Positions 1-12,825 of a stretch of 64,000 bases of DNA are shown here, in pieces; within the stretch, counting starts at the first letter, position 1, and every line of letters starts with the position of its first letter. The translations under genes were made by a program, and so were the position numbers. The notes below the pieces were generated by a model, which was not told the origin of the DNA, searched no databases, and worked only from the letters and a program-made list of their open reading frames with translations. The stretch comes from Lentisphaeria bacterium (GTDB taxonomy: Bacteria; Verrucomicrobiota; Lentisphaeria; JABSQK01; JAWLHB01): positions 1 to 64,000 of the forward strand of contig JAWLHB010000022.1 in assembly GCA_041690595.1 (NCBI GenBank). The letters run 5' to 3'.

Positions 1-50
1 TCAGCGGCGATGGTACTGTCTAACGACGGGAGAGTAGCACGTTGCCAGCC
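1..50 (+). rRNA. rrf: 5S rRNA, 3' part (truncated by window edge)
   Basis: AGCGGCGATGGTACTG...GGGAGAGTAGCACGTTGCCAG matches the conserved 3' half of bacterial 5S rRNA (GCCGATGGTAGTG...GAGAGTAGG...TGCCAG) and is followed by a strong terminator. Confidence 0.85.
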
Positions 51-60
51 TTTTTCTACT

Positions 61-99
61 GAGCCCCTGCGCACCTCTACGCGCAGGGGCTCTTTTTTT
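61..99 (+). terminator. Rho-independent terminator of the rRNA operon
   Basis: 12-bp perfect stem GAGCCCCTGCGC / GCGCAGGGGCTC, 8-nt loop, then T7. Confidence 0.9.
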
Positions 100-105
100 G
101 CCCAG

Positions 106-226
106 GACATGGACGGCATGGACCACGGAGGCACGGAGACACGGAGGTGGGGCGGTATGAAGGCCGGCAGCTTATGAAGAGCAGCTCAGAGGATTAACCA
201 CAAAGAACGCAGAGAGCGCACAGAGC
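106..226. repeat. short 9-nt-periodic dispersed repeats (CACGGAGGCACGGAGACACGGAG; ACCACAAAGAACGCAGAGAGCGCACAGAG)
   Basis: The second element is the reverse complement of module C found several times at 19.6-21 kb and 36.6-36.9 kb. Confidence 0.6.
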
Positions 227-386
227 GGGCAAGCCGTGGCTGCCCATGGAATAGAGTTCAACGCAATCAGGATGATTGCGGCCACCTCGGCAAGCTTGGA
301 TGCGTGGCGTTGGGTGCTGGAGAGCTTCTCGGATGGATGTCACCACCAAGAGCGGGAAAAGGTTGGCTCCAACCTGGGCTTCGTTT

Positions 387-1871
387 TCAGCGCAGTTCGA
401 TGGCGGAGCGATCCGTCAGGAAGAGGGGGCTGTTGGTGATGGGCAGGGGACTGAAGAGCCGTATGCCTTCGGCTTCAGGATCGTCGAACATCCACGTTTC
501 GCCACAGGCGCGCTTGTCGAAGCGCATGTCGATCTCATAGACTTCCTGCGTGATCGGGTCGATGAGAACGGGCGCATCGAGCCGAAGCTCGCGATCCATC
601 CAGTAGCTCATCTCGGCCTGCTTGACGATGGGCTCGTCTTCAACAGAGTCGGGGAACCACCAGGCGTGCACGGGGTGGTTACCTCGGACGAAGTTGACGT
701 GCCAGGTGGCGGCCTTGGTCGCCCGTGGATCATGAGTGTCGTCCAGAATGCTCATGTGGCAGGAGGTGCGCCCGTTGGCATTCTCCAGTGGATCGCTGAG
801 CAGCGTGGCGAGTGACTGCATGGCATAATAGGACGGTTTCGGCGAACCGTCGGCGAGACGCAGCAGGCCATAGTGGAAGGTCTGCTTGAAGGCGGCGTAG
901 TGAGCGAAGTCGGCCATATGAAAGTAGCTGGTCATGGCGCAGCCGTGGCTGAGTTCCAGGAGGTTGCGCCGCAAGAGCATGCGCGCCTGATTGGCTTCCG
1001 TGCAGACCATGCGGGACAGTGCACCCGCCCCTTTCGCGGCCTCGGGTACAAAGGATTGCACGCCCGCTTCGCCCTGCCAGTATTGCAGCGTTGGCTTGTA
1101 CTTGGCAACCAGATGGAGAAAGGCGGGAATCTCCTGGGTGGAATGCCGTTCGGGTATCGACTTGTAGCCATGGTAGCTGATGATGTCGATCCACTCGTGC
1201 ATCCCCGCTTCCAGGCAATCCTCCAGGAACTTGAGGCTCCATACGGTCATCCCCCAGGCAATGGCGCCGCCGATCACCCTGGCTTCCGGCTGTTCCCGGC
1301 GAATGGGCTCGACCGTCAGCCGCACCAGCTCTACATAGTCGGCGGCCTTGGGCTGGCACTTCCAGAAGCTGAGCAGATCGGGCTCGTTCCAGACTTCGTA
1401 GTGGGTGACGCGGTCCCGGAAGTGGCGCACCAGGTGGGTGACGTATTGGTGCCAGCCTTCGCGTTCTTCGGCGCTGTAGATTGGCGGATAGCCCACCCCG
1501 TACTGGTCGCAGTCGCGGAGCTTGGGCGGCTCGCCGGGAGGCGCGACATTGAGGCTGCCATTGTAGAGCGGGTTGCCGTAGCTGATGCTGAGCCAGGGAT
1601 TCACCCCCCGCTCCAGCAGCTTGTCGACGATCTCGTCGAGCCAGCCGAAGTCATAGACTCCACGCTGCTTCTCGGTCTTTGCCCAACCGGTCTGCACGCG
1701 CGCCCACTTGATGCCAAGGTCAGCCAGTACCGGCCACGCCTGCCCGGCGTCCCACATGTCACGATCGAGGCATTCGAAGCCGACGCCCAGGCGCGAGGAG
1801 CCGATGTCGAGGCTGGAGCGCGTTTTGAGTTTGCCGAGATAGCGAAGATTGGGAAAGTCACTGAATTGCAT
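387..1871 (-). CDS. clan GH-A glycoside hydrolase (GH39/beta-xylosidase-like)
   Basis: 494-aa ORF; LGIKWARVQTGW, YDFGWLD, YEVWNEPD acid/base motif, ISYHGY, QGEAG nucleophile region. Confidence 0.75.
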   Translation of the reverse strand: MQFSDFPNLRYLGKLKTRSSLDIGSSRLGVGFECLDRDMWDAGQAWPVLADLGIKWARVQTGWAKTEKQRGVYDFGWLDEIVDKLLERGVNPWLSISYGNPLYNGSLNVAPPGEPPKLRDCDQYGVGYPPIYSAEEREGWHQYVTHLVRHFRDRVTHYEVWNEPDLLSFWKCQPKAADYVELVRLTVEPIRREQPEARVIGGAIAWGMTVWSLKFLEDCLEAGMHEWIDIISYHGYKSIPERHSTQEIPAFLHLVAKYKPTLQYWQGEAGVQSFVPEAAKGAGALSRMVCTEANQARMLLRRNLLELSHGCAMTSYFHMADFAHYAAFKQTFHYGLLRLADGSPKPSYYAMQSLATLLSDPLENANGRTSCHMSILDDTHDPRATKAATWHVNFVRGNHPVHAWWFPDSVEDEPIVKQAEMSYWMDRELRLDAPVLIDPITQEVYEIDMRFDKRACGETWMFDDPEAEGIRLFSPLPITNSPLFLTDRSAIELR

Positions 1872-1886
1872 CGGGCATCCTTCTGG

Positions 1887-2645
1887 TTAGGCTTCCACGT
1901 CAGCGGGAAAGAGTTGGGTACTGGCGCCACCGTCAACGGTAAGGTGGGCGCCGACAATGTTGTTGGCCATCTCGGAGGCGAAGAAGACCACGGCGCGACC
2001 GATGTCCTCACCGCTGGCCTCGAGACCGAGGGGAATGTTGGCATGGCGGCGGTCGCGAGTTGCGGCGCTGATGCTCTCCCAGCGTGTGGTATGGATATAG
2101 CCGGGCGAGACGGTGTTGACGCGAATGCCGTGAGGCGCCAACTCGACGGCGAGTGCCCGCGTCAACGCGTTGATCGCTCCCTTGCTCGCGATGTAGGTGC
2201 TGCGCTGACGAATGACCCGGTCGGCGGTGTTGGAACTGATGTTGATGATCGCTCCCTCCCGGTGGCGCATCATCTCTCGGGCGGCAAGCTGCGCCAGTAG
2301 AAAGGTGGCGCGCAGGTTGACCGAGAGGACCTGGTCGAGCAGTTCCATTGGGGTTTCGACAAAATCGGGGCCAATCCCGAGGTGACAGGCATTGTTGACC
2401 AGAATGTCGAGCCGCCCGGCTTCGGCAAGAAGATCCGCCATCATGCCGCGAACCGCATGCTCCTGGGAGAGATCGGCCAGCGCTGGACGGGCGCCGGCGC
2501 CAAGCCGCTCTACCGCGGCAGCCAGATCCTCCGCGTTGCGTCCGTTGACGTAGACAATGGCACCTTGGCGGAGCAATTCGGCGGCAATTGCATAGCCGGT
2601 GTGGCGAGTGGCGCCGGTGACGAGGGCGATCTTTCCAGTCAGCAT
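1887..2645 (-). CDS. short-chain dehydrogenase/reductase (SDR)
   Basis: GKIALVTGA, LDILVNNA, YIASKG (YxxxK), GIRVNTVSPG, VDGG. Confidence 0.92.
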   Translation of the reverse strand: MLTGKIALVTGATRHTGYAIAAELLRQGAIVYVNGRNAEDLAAAVERLGAGARPALADLSQEHAVRGMMADLLAEAGRLDILVNNACHLGIGPDFVETPMELLDQVLSVNLRATFLLAQLAAREMMRHREGAIINISSNTADRVIRQRSTYIASKGAINALTRALAVELAPHGIRVNTVSPGYIHTTRWESISAATRDRRHANIPLGLEASGEDIGRAVVFFASEMANNIVGAHLTVDGGASTQLFPADVEA

Positions 2646-2651
2646 GACATG

Positions 2652-3458
2652 TTACTCCTGATCGGCGGTGGGAATCCAGTCGATGGCCGGGGTTGGCGTG
2701 GGGGCACCTTCCCAGCCGAGTTGCCGGGAGAGGTCGATAGCGGCGAGGTGGACCTCCCGGAGCATCTTCATGGAGTGCTCGGAATTGGCCCGAAAAGTTG
2801 GGGCGGAGGCACCGATGGCCGCAAGCACATTCTCCCCGGCGGTGCGTATGGGCGCGGCCATCGCCGTCTGTCCGCCGCTGTGACGTTGCAGAACGCAGCA
2901 GCCGAGCTGACGCAGTTGCTCCAGCTCTTCCGTCCAGCGCTCGGTTTGCCAGTAGGGTTGAGCCCCGGAGTTGCGTTCGATGAAAGCGGGCCATACCTCT
3001 GGGGGCTGAAGGGCCACAAGCAGCCGGCCGGTCGCGAGGCTCATCGCATTGGGCCATTCCCACTGGGGATAGTGGATGGTGACCGCCTCGGTTCCCGGAG
3101 AAAAAGCAATCAGGCGAGCGCTGTAGCCGACCAGAATGGCGGCGGATGCGGCTTCGCCCGTGCGGGCGCTGATGCGGTTGAGGAATGGCTGCATCTGGCC
3201 AGGCAGGCTCTGCAGTGGATCCCAGCTCGAGGCCAAGGCCGCCATGGCCGGGCCCAATCGATAGCGCCCATTGATGTTGAGCAGGTAATGGCGCGCGGCC
3301 AGCGTGCGCAGGATGTTGTGCACGGTGGCGACGTGCAGCCCGACAAGCGTCGACAGCTCCGTAACTCCCGCTTCTCCGGCGGCACTCACCGCTTCCAGTA
3401 TATCCATGGCCCGGTCCAGGCACTGTACGCCACGCGGCGCTGCTTTCTTCATATTCAC
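2652..3458 (-). CDS. IclR-family transcriptional regulator
   Basis: VQCLDRAMDILEAV N-terminal HTH (GVTELS..GLHVATVHNIL..L), ATGRLL, MAAPIR C-terminal effector domain. Confidence 0.9.
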   Translation of the reverse strand: MNMKKAAPRGVQCLDRAMDILEAVSAAGEAGVTELSTLVGLHVATVHNILRTLAARHYLLNINGRYRLGPAMAALASSWDPLQSLPGQMQPFLNRISARTGEAASAAILVGYSARLIAFSPGTEAVTIHYPQWEWPNAMSLATGRLLVALQPPEVWPAFIERNSGAQPYWQTERWTEELEQLRQLGCCVLQRHSGGQTAMAAPIRTAGENVLAAIGASAPTFRANSEHSMKMLREVHLAAIDLSRQLGWEGAPTPTPAIDWIPTADQE

Positions 3459-3562
3459 CTATTACATGATGATATGGCATCTTGCAATGTAATTCGCAAA
3501 AAAAAAGAACGCGGGCGAGGTGGCTTGTCCGCGTTGAAGGGATCCGGGGCGGCGCTATCCGG

Positions 3563-4591
3563 TCAGGGCATGGCGTCCATCTTCTCGATGCTGCCGCGGG
3601 GTGCGCCGGAGTGGGGGACAACGAGGCTGAGCGACCACTCTTCCCGGCCCACGCGGCGACTGCCGCTGAAGGTCCAGTTCCATTCCCAGCTTGCCGCGTT
3701 CTGGCGCGCATGATAGGACCAGGAGCCGGAGTAGGTGCCGCCATCCCACTCCACGTTCATGGTTTCACCTGCCATGAAGAAGAGGGTGATGCTGGAGGAT
3801 TCCGCACGGATGTCGAGGGTGGTGCCGGGTTTGACATTGACCGTGATGGCGCGCGAAAGGGGCACCTGCAGCTGAGTATCGAGTTTGACTGTGGCGGTGG
3901 TGTTCTCTGGCTTGGCGCCGTTGAAGCTCATCTGGCCGTTGGCGAAGGTAAGGTTGAGCGTCTCGGCCGTCAGCAGTGGCGTGGGGCGATCTCCCGGAGC
4001 AGGAATCTCGCTGAAGTCCTGAATGGTGAGGATGTAGGGGGTATACTCGGCCAGATCGATGAAGAGCGCGTCGGTGGAGCCCTGCAGCGTGGTGTTGCCA
4101 ATGGCGCGCAGATTGTCGACGATCTGGCTGAGGGCAGTGGGCGGCTGACGGTTTTGAAGCTGCCGGCCAAGAGCATCCAGATGTTGGACCCGCTCGTTGT
4201 GGGCACGCTCGGGCATGTAACTGTAGTAGGTGGTCGCCTTGTCGAGGTTGAGGAGCAGGCGCGAGTTTGGCGCGAGTTCGACGGCGATGTTGCGGGTGGC
4301 GCCGCCGCCATCGGGGGTTACCTTCAGCGTCTGCTTCTCCTTCATCCCCACGTAGAGGGTGAACTGCACGTGCGACTGGGGATGGAGAACGCGTTTCAGC
4401 CGCCGCCAGCCGAGTGAAAGGTCGTAGCTCTGATCCGTGTCGTTGACGACCCAGAGGTTGGATGGTTGCTGACGCTGGTGGCTGAGGAGCGGACCGATGC
4501 CGTACTTCCAGCCGACCAGGACGGCGATGACGAGGATGATCAGCTTGAGCACGGTAACCAGCGGATTTCGCTTCTTCTTCTCTTCAGCCAT
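3563..4591 (-). CDS. hypothetical membrane-anchored protein
   Basis: 342-aa ORF with basic N-terminus followed by a hydrophobic helix (LVTVLKLIILVIAVLVGW); no family recognised. Confidence 0.65.
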   Translation of the reverse strand: MAEEKKKRNPLVTVLKLIILVIAVLVGWKYGIGPLLSHQRQQPSNLWVVNDTDQSYDLSLGWRRLKRVLHPQSHVQFTLYVGMKEKQTLKVTPDGGGATRNIAVELAPNSRLLLNLDKATTYYSYMPERAHNERVQHLDALGRQLQNRQPPTALSQIVDNLRAIGNTTLQGSTDALFIDLAEYTPYILTIQDFSEIPAPGDRPTPLLTAETLNLTFANGQMSFNGAKPENTTATVKLDTQLQVPLSRAITVNVKPGTTLDIRAESSSITLFFMAGETMNVEWDGGTYSGSWSYHARQNAASWEWNWTFSGSRRVGREEWSLSLVVPHSGAPRGSIEKMDAMP

Positions 4592-4671
4592 AACCAGTAG
4601 TTCCTGCGATAGTGGAGGGAGTTGCCGCCGAGGGAGCCCGGCGGCATGGGCGACGTGCGGAGTGGGTTGGC

Positions 4672-5718
4672 TCAGTCGAAGCGGATCTCCACTCCTTCGG
4701 TGGCGCTGCGATAGAGGCCGTCCAGGATCTTCTGGACCTTGATCCCATCGTGGCCGCTGGCCATGGGCGGGCGGTCTTCCAGGATGGAGTTGATGAACTC
4801 CTCGTACGGGGAGGGGGGCTGAACGACGGACTGGTCGAGGACCTTCGTGTAGAGGTTGCCCCCTTCTTCGGTATAGATCTCGGCGTGGAACTCGTAGCCT
4901 GCATTGACGTTTTTCTGCACGAGTCCGCCCTTATCTCCGTACAGCGAGGTGATCATGTGCTCGCGCTCTTTCGTGTTGAGGGCCCAGCTCGCTTCCACGA
5001 TCAGCGTCGCGCCGTTGTCGAACTTGACAATGCCCGCGGCCAGATCTTCCACGCTGAAGTGCTTGTTCTGCTTCTCGGCGGCGACCTTGGCAATGACGTT
5101 GTAGGCAGAGCCGCTGACGGCGATAGGGTCGGGATGCCCCATGAGCCACAGCGCCAAGTCGATGCGGTGCACACCGAGATCGATGAGCGGGCCGCCGCCG
5201 GCAAGCTCCTTGTTGCCGAACCAGCCGCCGAAACCGGGCATGCCGCGGCGACGATGCCAGACCGTGCGGCCAAAGTAGATGTTGCCGATCACCCCCGCGT
5301 CGACCTGCTGCTTGAGCGCATAGCTCATCGGGCTGAAGCGATAGGAGAAGTTGATCATGAGTTTCTTGCCCGAGGAGTCCGAAGCCGCCTGCATCTGCTC
5401 GGCCTGCCGAAGCGTCAGCGCCATCGGCTTCTCGCAGAGGACGTGGATGCCCTGCTCGAAGGCCGCCAGGGTGAGGGGGCAGTGAAACTTGTTGGGTACG
5501 GCGATGCTGACGGCATCCAAGTTGGCCTTGGCGAGCATTTCTTCAGCATCGGTAAAGCGTGCCTTGACGCCGTATTCGTCGCCAGTGGTGGCGAGGCGCG
5601 CGGGATCGGTGTCGGCAATGGCGACCACCTCGCAGAAGGGATTGGTCGAGTAGCTTTTCAGATGGCCGCGGCCCATGCCGAGACCGATGACCCCAACGCG
5701 GATCTTGCTGCTGTTCAT
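4672..5718 (-). CDS. Gfo/Idh/MocA family NAD(P)-dependent oxidoreductase
   Basis: IRVGVIGLGMG, HVLCEKPMA, GGGPLIDLGVH; start taken at the ATG after an AAGGAG RBS. Confidence 0.92.
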   Translation of the reverse strand: MNSSKIRVGVIGLGMGRGHLKSYSTNPFCEVVAIADTDPARLATTGDEYGVKARFTDAEEMLAKANLDAVSIAVPNKFHCPLTLAAFEQGIHVLCEKPMALTLRQAEQMQAASDSSGKKLMINFSYRFSPMSYALKQQVDAGVIGNIYFGRTVWHRRRGMPGFGGWFGNKELAGGGPLIDLGVHRIDLALWLMGHPDPIAVSGSAYNVIAKVAAEKQNKHFSVEDLAAGIVKFDNGATLIVEASWALNTKEREHMITSLYGDKGGLVQKNVNAGYEFHAEIYTEEGGNLYTKVLDQSVVQPPSPYEEFINSILEDRPPMASGHDGIKVQKILDGLYRSATEGVEIRFD

Positions 5719-5954
5719 ATGAGGCTCCTTGCTTGGTCGATTGGGCTGCTGAAGAGCCCGCGGCGGGCGGGCGGAAGTCCATAACGTGAACGATGCATGG
5801 CGAATTGCAACTGTTCGAGCCGCTGAACCGCGGATCTTGTTCAGCTGGGCAAGAACCGTTCTACGCCTCGGATCGGACATTTCCACTTTCAAAATCGCAC
5901 TTCTCATCTATGGTGTAGATGAGACAGAAACCCATCACTATCTGGAGTTGAGCC

Positions 5955-6941
5955 ATGGATGCCTATCCTGACGTTCGTCTGCGCCGTCTGCGTCGCACCC
6001 CCGCCCTGCGGGCTATGCTGGGGCAACCCATGCCTGGACCCGAGAAGTTTGTCTGGCCGATTTTTGTCATCGAAGGTCAAGGGCTGGAAGTGCCGATCAC
6101 GGCCATGCCCGGACAGAGCCGTTACTCGGTCGACAAGCTGGTGCCGGCGCTGGAACCGGTGGTTGCGAGCGGCGTCGGTGGCGTGCTGCTCTTCGGTGTC
6201 CCCGACAGCGGCAAGGATCCATCCGGCAGCAGCTCCTCCCATGACGATGGGCTGGTTCAGCAGGCGATCGGCGTCATTCGCCAGGCTTTTCCCCACCTGC
6301 TGATCATGACTGATGTCTGCGTCTGCGCCTATACCACGCATGGCCACTGCGGAACACTGACCGAAGATGGCTCATCCGTGGACAACGACGCGACGCTGGA
6401 AACGCTGGCCGAGATGGCCGTTTCACACGCCCGGGCGGGGGCGGACGTTGTGGCCCCCAGCGCCATGATGGATGGTCAGGTCCAGGCCATCCGCCGGGGG
6501 CTTACCGAAGCCGGCTGCCTCGATACCCTCCTCATGAGCTACAGCACCAAGTTCGCCAGCGCCATGTACGGCCCCTTTCGCGAGGCGGCCCATTCCGCCC
6601 CGGGCAAAGGCGACCGCCAGTCCTATCAGGCACCGTATAACGACCTGCGGCAGGCTCTGCGCGAATCGCAGCTGGACGTAGCCGAAGGGGCCGACATCCT
6701 CATGGTCAAACCATCGCTGCTCTACCTGGACATTCTCGCACGGCTGCGTGCCGATCACGACCTGCCCATCGCCGCCTACAACGTCAGTGGCGAGTATTCG
6801 ATGCTTTGCGCGACGGCCGAACGCGGCTGGGGAGATCTCGATGCCATGGTGCGCGAAGCGACCCTCGCGCTGGTGCGTGCCGGCACGGACATCCTTCTCT
6901 CCTATTGGGCCAACCAGTACGACCGAATCTTCCGCTCCTGA
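5955..6941 (+). CDS. hemB: porphobilinogen synthase (ALA dehydratase)
   Basis: RLRRLR, DVCVCAYTTHGHCG zinc motif, APSAMMDG, SYSTKFASAMYGPFREAA, MVKP, AYNVSGEY. Confidence 0.97.
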   Translation: MDAYPDVRLRRLRRTPALRAMLGQPMPGPEKFVWPIFVIEGQGLEVPITAMPGQSRYSVDKLVPALEPVVASGVGGVLLFGVPDSGKDPSGSSSSHDDGLVQQAIGVIRQAFPHLLIMTDVCVCAYTTHGHCGTLTEDGSSVDNDATLETLAEMAVSHARAGADVVAPSAMMDGQVQAIRRGLTEAGCLDTLLMSYSTKFASAMYGPFREAAHSAPGKGDRQSYQAPYNDLRQALRESQLDVAEGADILMVKPSLLYLDILARLRADHDLPIAAYNVSGEYSMLCATAERGWGDLDAMVREATLALVRAGTDILLSYWANQYDRIFRS

Positions 6942-6945
6942 AGCT

Positions 6946-9636
<2,691 letters not shown>

Positions 9637-9789
9637 TATCGTCTCTCCGTCTGCTTCCGGTAACTGGATGTCGCGTTACGTGCCGCGTGATCGCAAACGG
9701 GGAATATACGGGTCACCCTCCCCCCATGCAAGGGCAGACGATCCGATCGTATGGGCATCCTCGACACGACGCGACGGGGATCCGCCCCT

Positions 9790-11748
9790 TCATTCTTGTG
9801 TCAGAACCACCTTCAGGACCGCGTAAACCAGCAACTCCGGCACAACAACGGCTACGCGTGCCTCGTCCTTCAACCATGTCGCCTCCAACTGCTGACGGAT
9901 CTGGCCGTCGGGCGAAAGCAGCCACACCTCCTGGACCTGCCGGTTGGCCGGCAGCGTCAGTTCGATCGCGATATCCATTGCCGCGCGCGGATGCTCGTCC
10001 TTCGGCCCGACCGGTTTGGTTGCCGCTGCTTCGTCGCGGTCATAGTTGACCAGGTGCAGCGCCAGGCCGTCCGGCACCGTGTAGGCGGCCGCCCGCACCG
10101 TCCATGGCGCGCTTATGCGGCTCACGCCGGGCAGCTTCTTCAGCTCCGCCGCCAGTCTTTCCGCCGTTATCGGCTGCACCTTGAGGCCCTCCTTCCACGC
10201 CGCCTTCTCGCGCCCGTTCCGGGTCATCAAGTCCCCGTCGCCGATGGTGAACAGCTTGCCGCCACGCTCGGCAAAGGCGGCGATCACGTCGCGCTGGTTC
10301 TGGTCGAGCGCCGCCGGCAACGGCACGACGAGCGCGCGGCAACCCTCCAGCCGCCCGGCCGTCAGCCTCTCATCAACAATGAGATCGAAAAGGAGCTGTT
10401 CTCGCGCCATGGCTTCGCCCGCCAGCTTGAGGGTATCCATGGCCTGCCGATGGCCATTCATCAGCGCCTGGCGGGAGAGCAGAAGGCCGATCTCTGCCAG
10501 CGGCTGGCGTTCCGCGTACAGCGGCCGATTCTCATGCACGAAGCGCGTATAGGCGACCCCCGCTGCGTGTGCCGCCGGATCGTCCATCGGCATGCGCAGC
10601 CCCATCCCGATGCCGCCGCTTGCCAGCCCTTCCGCCATGCTGTTGCGGATGCGTATCCCCTCGTACTTGCCCAGCACGAAGGGCTTGCCGCCGCCCAGTT
10701 CGCGCATGTAGAGACAGTCGAGCCAACCTTCGCCCAGCTTCCCCTCTTCCAGCTTTGTCGGCCCATAGCCGCCGCTGTACCAGAAGTAATCCTCGCCCTT
10801 GCCCCACAAGTCGATTGGCAGAAAGGCCCTCTCTTCGCCCACGCCGAGATAGCCAAGGTGGTTCCAGGCAGCGAGGATCAGTCCCGGCCTGATGGTGCGC
10901 CCGTAGTCGATCAGCAGCTCGTCGAAGCAGGCCTTGAAGGCAATCGCCGCCCATCGTTCGGCCGCCAGCGCCAGCGGCGTCACCTCTTCCGGATACCCAG
11001 GCGATGCCGCCGGAATCCGTTCGAACTGGTGGGAGTCCAACTCGGCGATGCCCATCGCCTTCAACTCGTCAGGCGTATGATGGTTCCGCAGGTAAGCCTT
11101 GAACGAAGTCTGGCAGTGCTCGCAGACACAGCCCCAGTAGTAGTTGTAGTTGGTCATGATGCCGTCCGCGCCACTGTCGAGCGCCAGCTTCAGCATGCGC
11201 TTCCGCAGCTCGCGAGTCGCGGGATTGCTCATGCAGAGCCCCAGATAGCTGATGTGATAGCCCTGCCGACGCAGTGGTGTACCCTCGGCATCGCGCTGCA
11301 GGTACGCCTCCGGCGCCAGCTCCGGCCGCGGCCCCAGAAGCTCTTCCGGCCAACGCTCCGTGAGCAGCTTTGCCCATAGATTCTCCGCTTCCCCGTCGCC
11401 ATCGATGACATTGGTCATCTGAAAGTGCACGACCACCTTTGCGCCTGCCTCCTGGATCGCCCGGATCGTCGCCTGCTGGTTCCTGACCGCCTCCACTTGT
11501 CCAGCCACCGGCAACTGCATCGGATAGCCGGTCGACTTCTGCTCATCCGCATAGGCGTGGAACATCGGCCCGAAGAAGCAGATCTGCGCCACTTCCGGCT
11601 GGGCCTCGCGTACGTAGGGAACCACCCACTCTTCGCCATTCCCCGTCCAGGTCACGAAGAAGGTCTGAAAGTCGAAGCGACTCTCCTCCCGCGCCAGCAC
11701 CATGCCGCCGAGCACCAGCCCCGCCACCACCAGAAGTCTCTTCATCAT
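9790..11748 (-). CDS. secreted putative glycoside hydrolase (TIM barrel plus beta-galactosidase trimerisation-like domain)
   Basis: Signal peptide MMKRLLVVAGLVLGG after a GGAGGG RBS; C...CVCEHC zinc-like motif as in GH42; C-terminal LHLVNY. Confidence 0.6.
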   Translation of the reverse strand: MMKRLLVVAGLVLGGMVLAREESRFDFQTFFVTWTGNGEEWVVPYVREAQPEVAQICFFGPMFHAYADEQKSTGYPMQLPVAGQVEAVRNQQATIRAIQEAGAKVVVHFQMTNVIDGDGEAENLWAKLLTERWPEELLGPRPELAPEAYLQRDAEGTPLRRQGYHISYLGLCMSNPATRELRKRMLKLALDSGADGIMTNYNYYWGCVCEHCQTSFKAYLRNHHTPDELKAMGIAELDSHQFERIPAASPGYPEEVTPLALAAERWAAIAFKACFDELLIDYGRTIRPGLILAAWNHLGYLGVGEERAFLPIDLWGKGEDYFWYSGGYGPTKLEEGKLGEGWLDCLYMRELGGGKPFVLGKYEGIRIRNSMAEGLASGGIGMGLRMPMDDPAAHAAGVAYTRFVHENRPLYAERQPLAEIGLLLSRQALMNGHRQAMDTLKLAGEAMAREQLLFDLIVDERLTAGRLEGCRALVVPLPAALDQNQRDVIAAFAERGGKLFTIGDGDLMTRNGREKAAWKEGLKVQPITAERLAAELKKLPGVSRISAPWTVRAAAYTVPDGLALHLVNYDRDEAAATKPVGPKDEHPRAAMDIAIELTLPANRQVQEVWLLSPDGQIRQQLEATWLKDEARVAVVVPELLVYAVLKVVLTQE

Positions 11749-11875
11749 CCGCTCCCTCCAGAGGTTGTTTCCCTCAACATACCCCCGCTGGTGCCGCGGC
11801 GGCAACCCGGTGCCTTGTCTTTCTCCAAGCTGTCGCAATTTTCCAGAGGCGCGGCTATCGTATGTGGAACCGGGG

Positions 11876-12577
11876 ATGATCATGTACGGCGACTATACGG
11901 AAGAAGAACTGGTACAGCAGGCACGCGACGGCGACTTTGACGCCTTCGACGAGCTGGTGAACCGTCACGAGCGGCGCCTCTATTCCCTCGCCATGGGCAT
12001 TCTGCGCCAGAGCGAAGATGCCGAGGACGCCGTTCAGACCGCCTTTATCAAGGCGCTCGACGCCCTCGATTCCTTTCGCGGCGATGCCTCCTTCAAGACC
12101 TGGATCACCCGCATCGCCACCAACACCGCCCTGAAGATCCTCCGCAAACGGCGCGGTCTGCCCACCGTCTCCCTCGATGAAGCCACCACCGAGAATGAAG
12201 ACGGCATCATCAAGCATCCCGAGTACATTGCCGACTGGCGCGCCGATCCCGCCCTTCTCGCCCAGCAGGACGACGTGAAGCGCGCCATCGAAGATGCCCT
12301 TGCCCAGCTCGACGACAAGTATCGCCTTGTCTTCCTGCTCCGCGACGTGCACGAATTCTCCACCCGCGACACCGCGCGAACGCTGGAGCTGAGCGAGGCC
12401 AACGTCAAGGTACGGCTCCTGCGGGCACGCCTCTTTCTGCGCGAGAAGCTCACCCGGATCTTCGGCGATCGGGTCAATCGCCTTCATCCCCCGGACCATC
12501 AGCATGGCGACCACGATTTCACCACCGCGGCCTCGCTCTTGCGCCTATACCAAGCCGAGCAGGGAGCCCTTCCATGA
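11876..12577 (+). CDS. ECF (sigma-70 family) RNA polymerase sigma factor
   Basis: GDFDAFDELV, DAEDAVQ, FRGDASFKTWITRIATN, region 4 NVKVRLLRAR; start at 11876 or 11882. Confidence 0.92.
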   Translation: MIMYGDYTEEELVQQARDGDFDAFDELVNRHERRLYSLAMGILRQSEDAEDAVQTAFIKALDALDSFRGDASFKTWITRIATNTALKILRKRRGLPTVSLDEATTENEDGIIKHPEYIADWRADPALLAQQDDVKRAIEDALAQLDDKYRLVFLLRDVHEFSTRDTARTLELSEANVKVRLLRARLFLREKLTRIFGDRVNRLHPPDHQHGDHDFTTAASLLRLYQAEQGALP

Positions 12578-12819
12578 CGTGCGACGACCTTCTGAAAATG
12601 CTCAATGACTATGTCGATGGCGACATCGATCCCGGCGTCTGTGAGGGGCTCCAGGAGCACCTCGACGACTGCAACCCCTGTCGCGTTGTCGTCGATAACA
12701 TCCGCCAGACGATCACCCTCTACAAGGGCAGCGAGAGCTACGAGATCCCCGTCAAGTTCCGCCGCCGCCTCCACGATTCCCTGCGCGAGCGCTGGAAGCA
12801 GAAGCACGGCGAGAAGTAG
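12574..12819 (+). CDS. zinc-finger (zf-HC2/ZAS) anti-sigma factor
   Basis: MTC...HLDDCNPC (HxxxCxxC); ATGA overlap with the sigma gene. Confidence 0.88.
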   Translation: MTCDDLLKMLNDYVDGDIDPGVCEGLQEHLDDCNPCRVVVDNIRQTITLYKGSESYEIPVKFRRRLHDSLRERWKQKHGEK

Positions 12820-12825
12820 CCCCGG

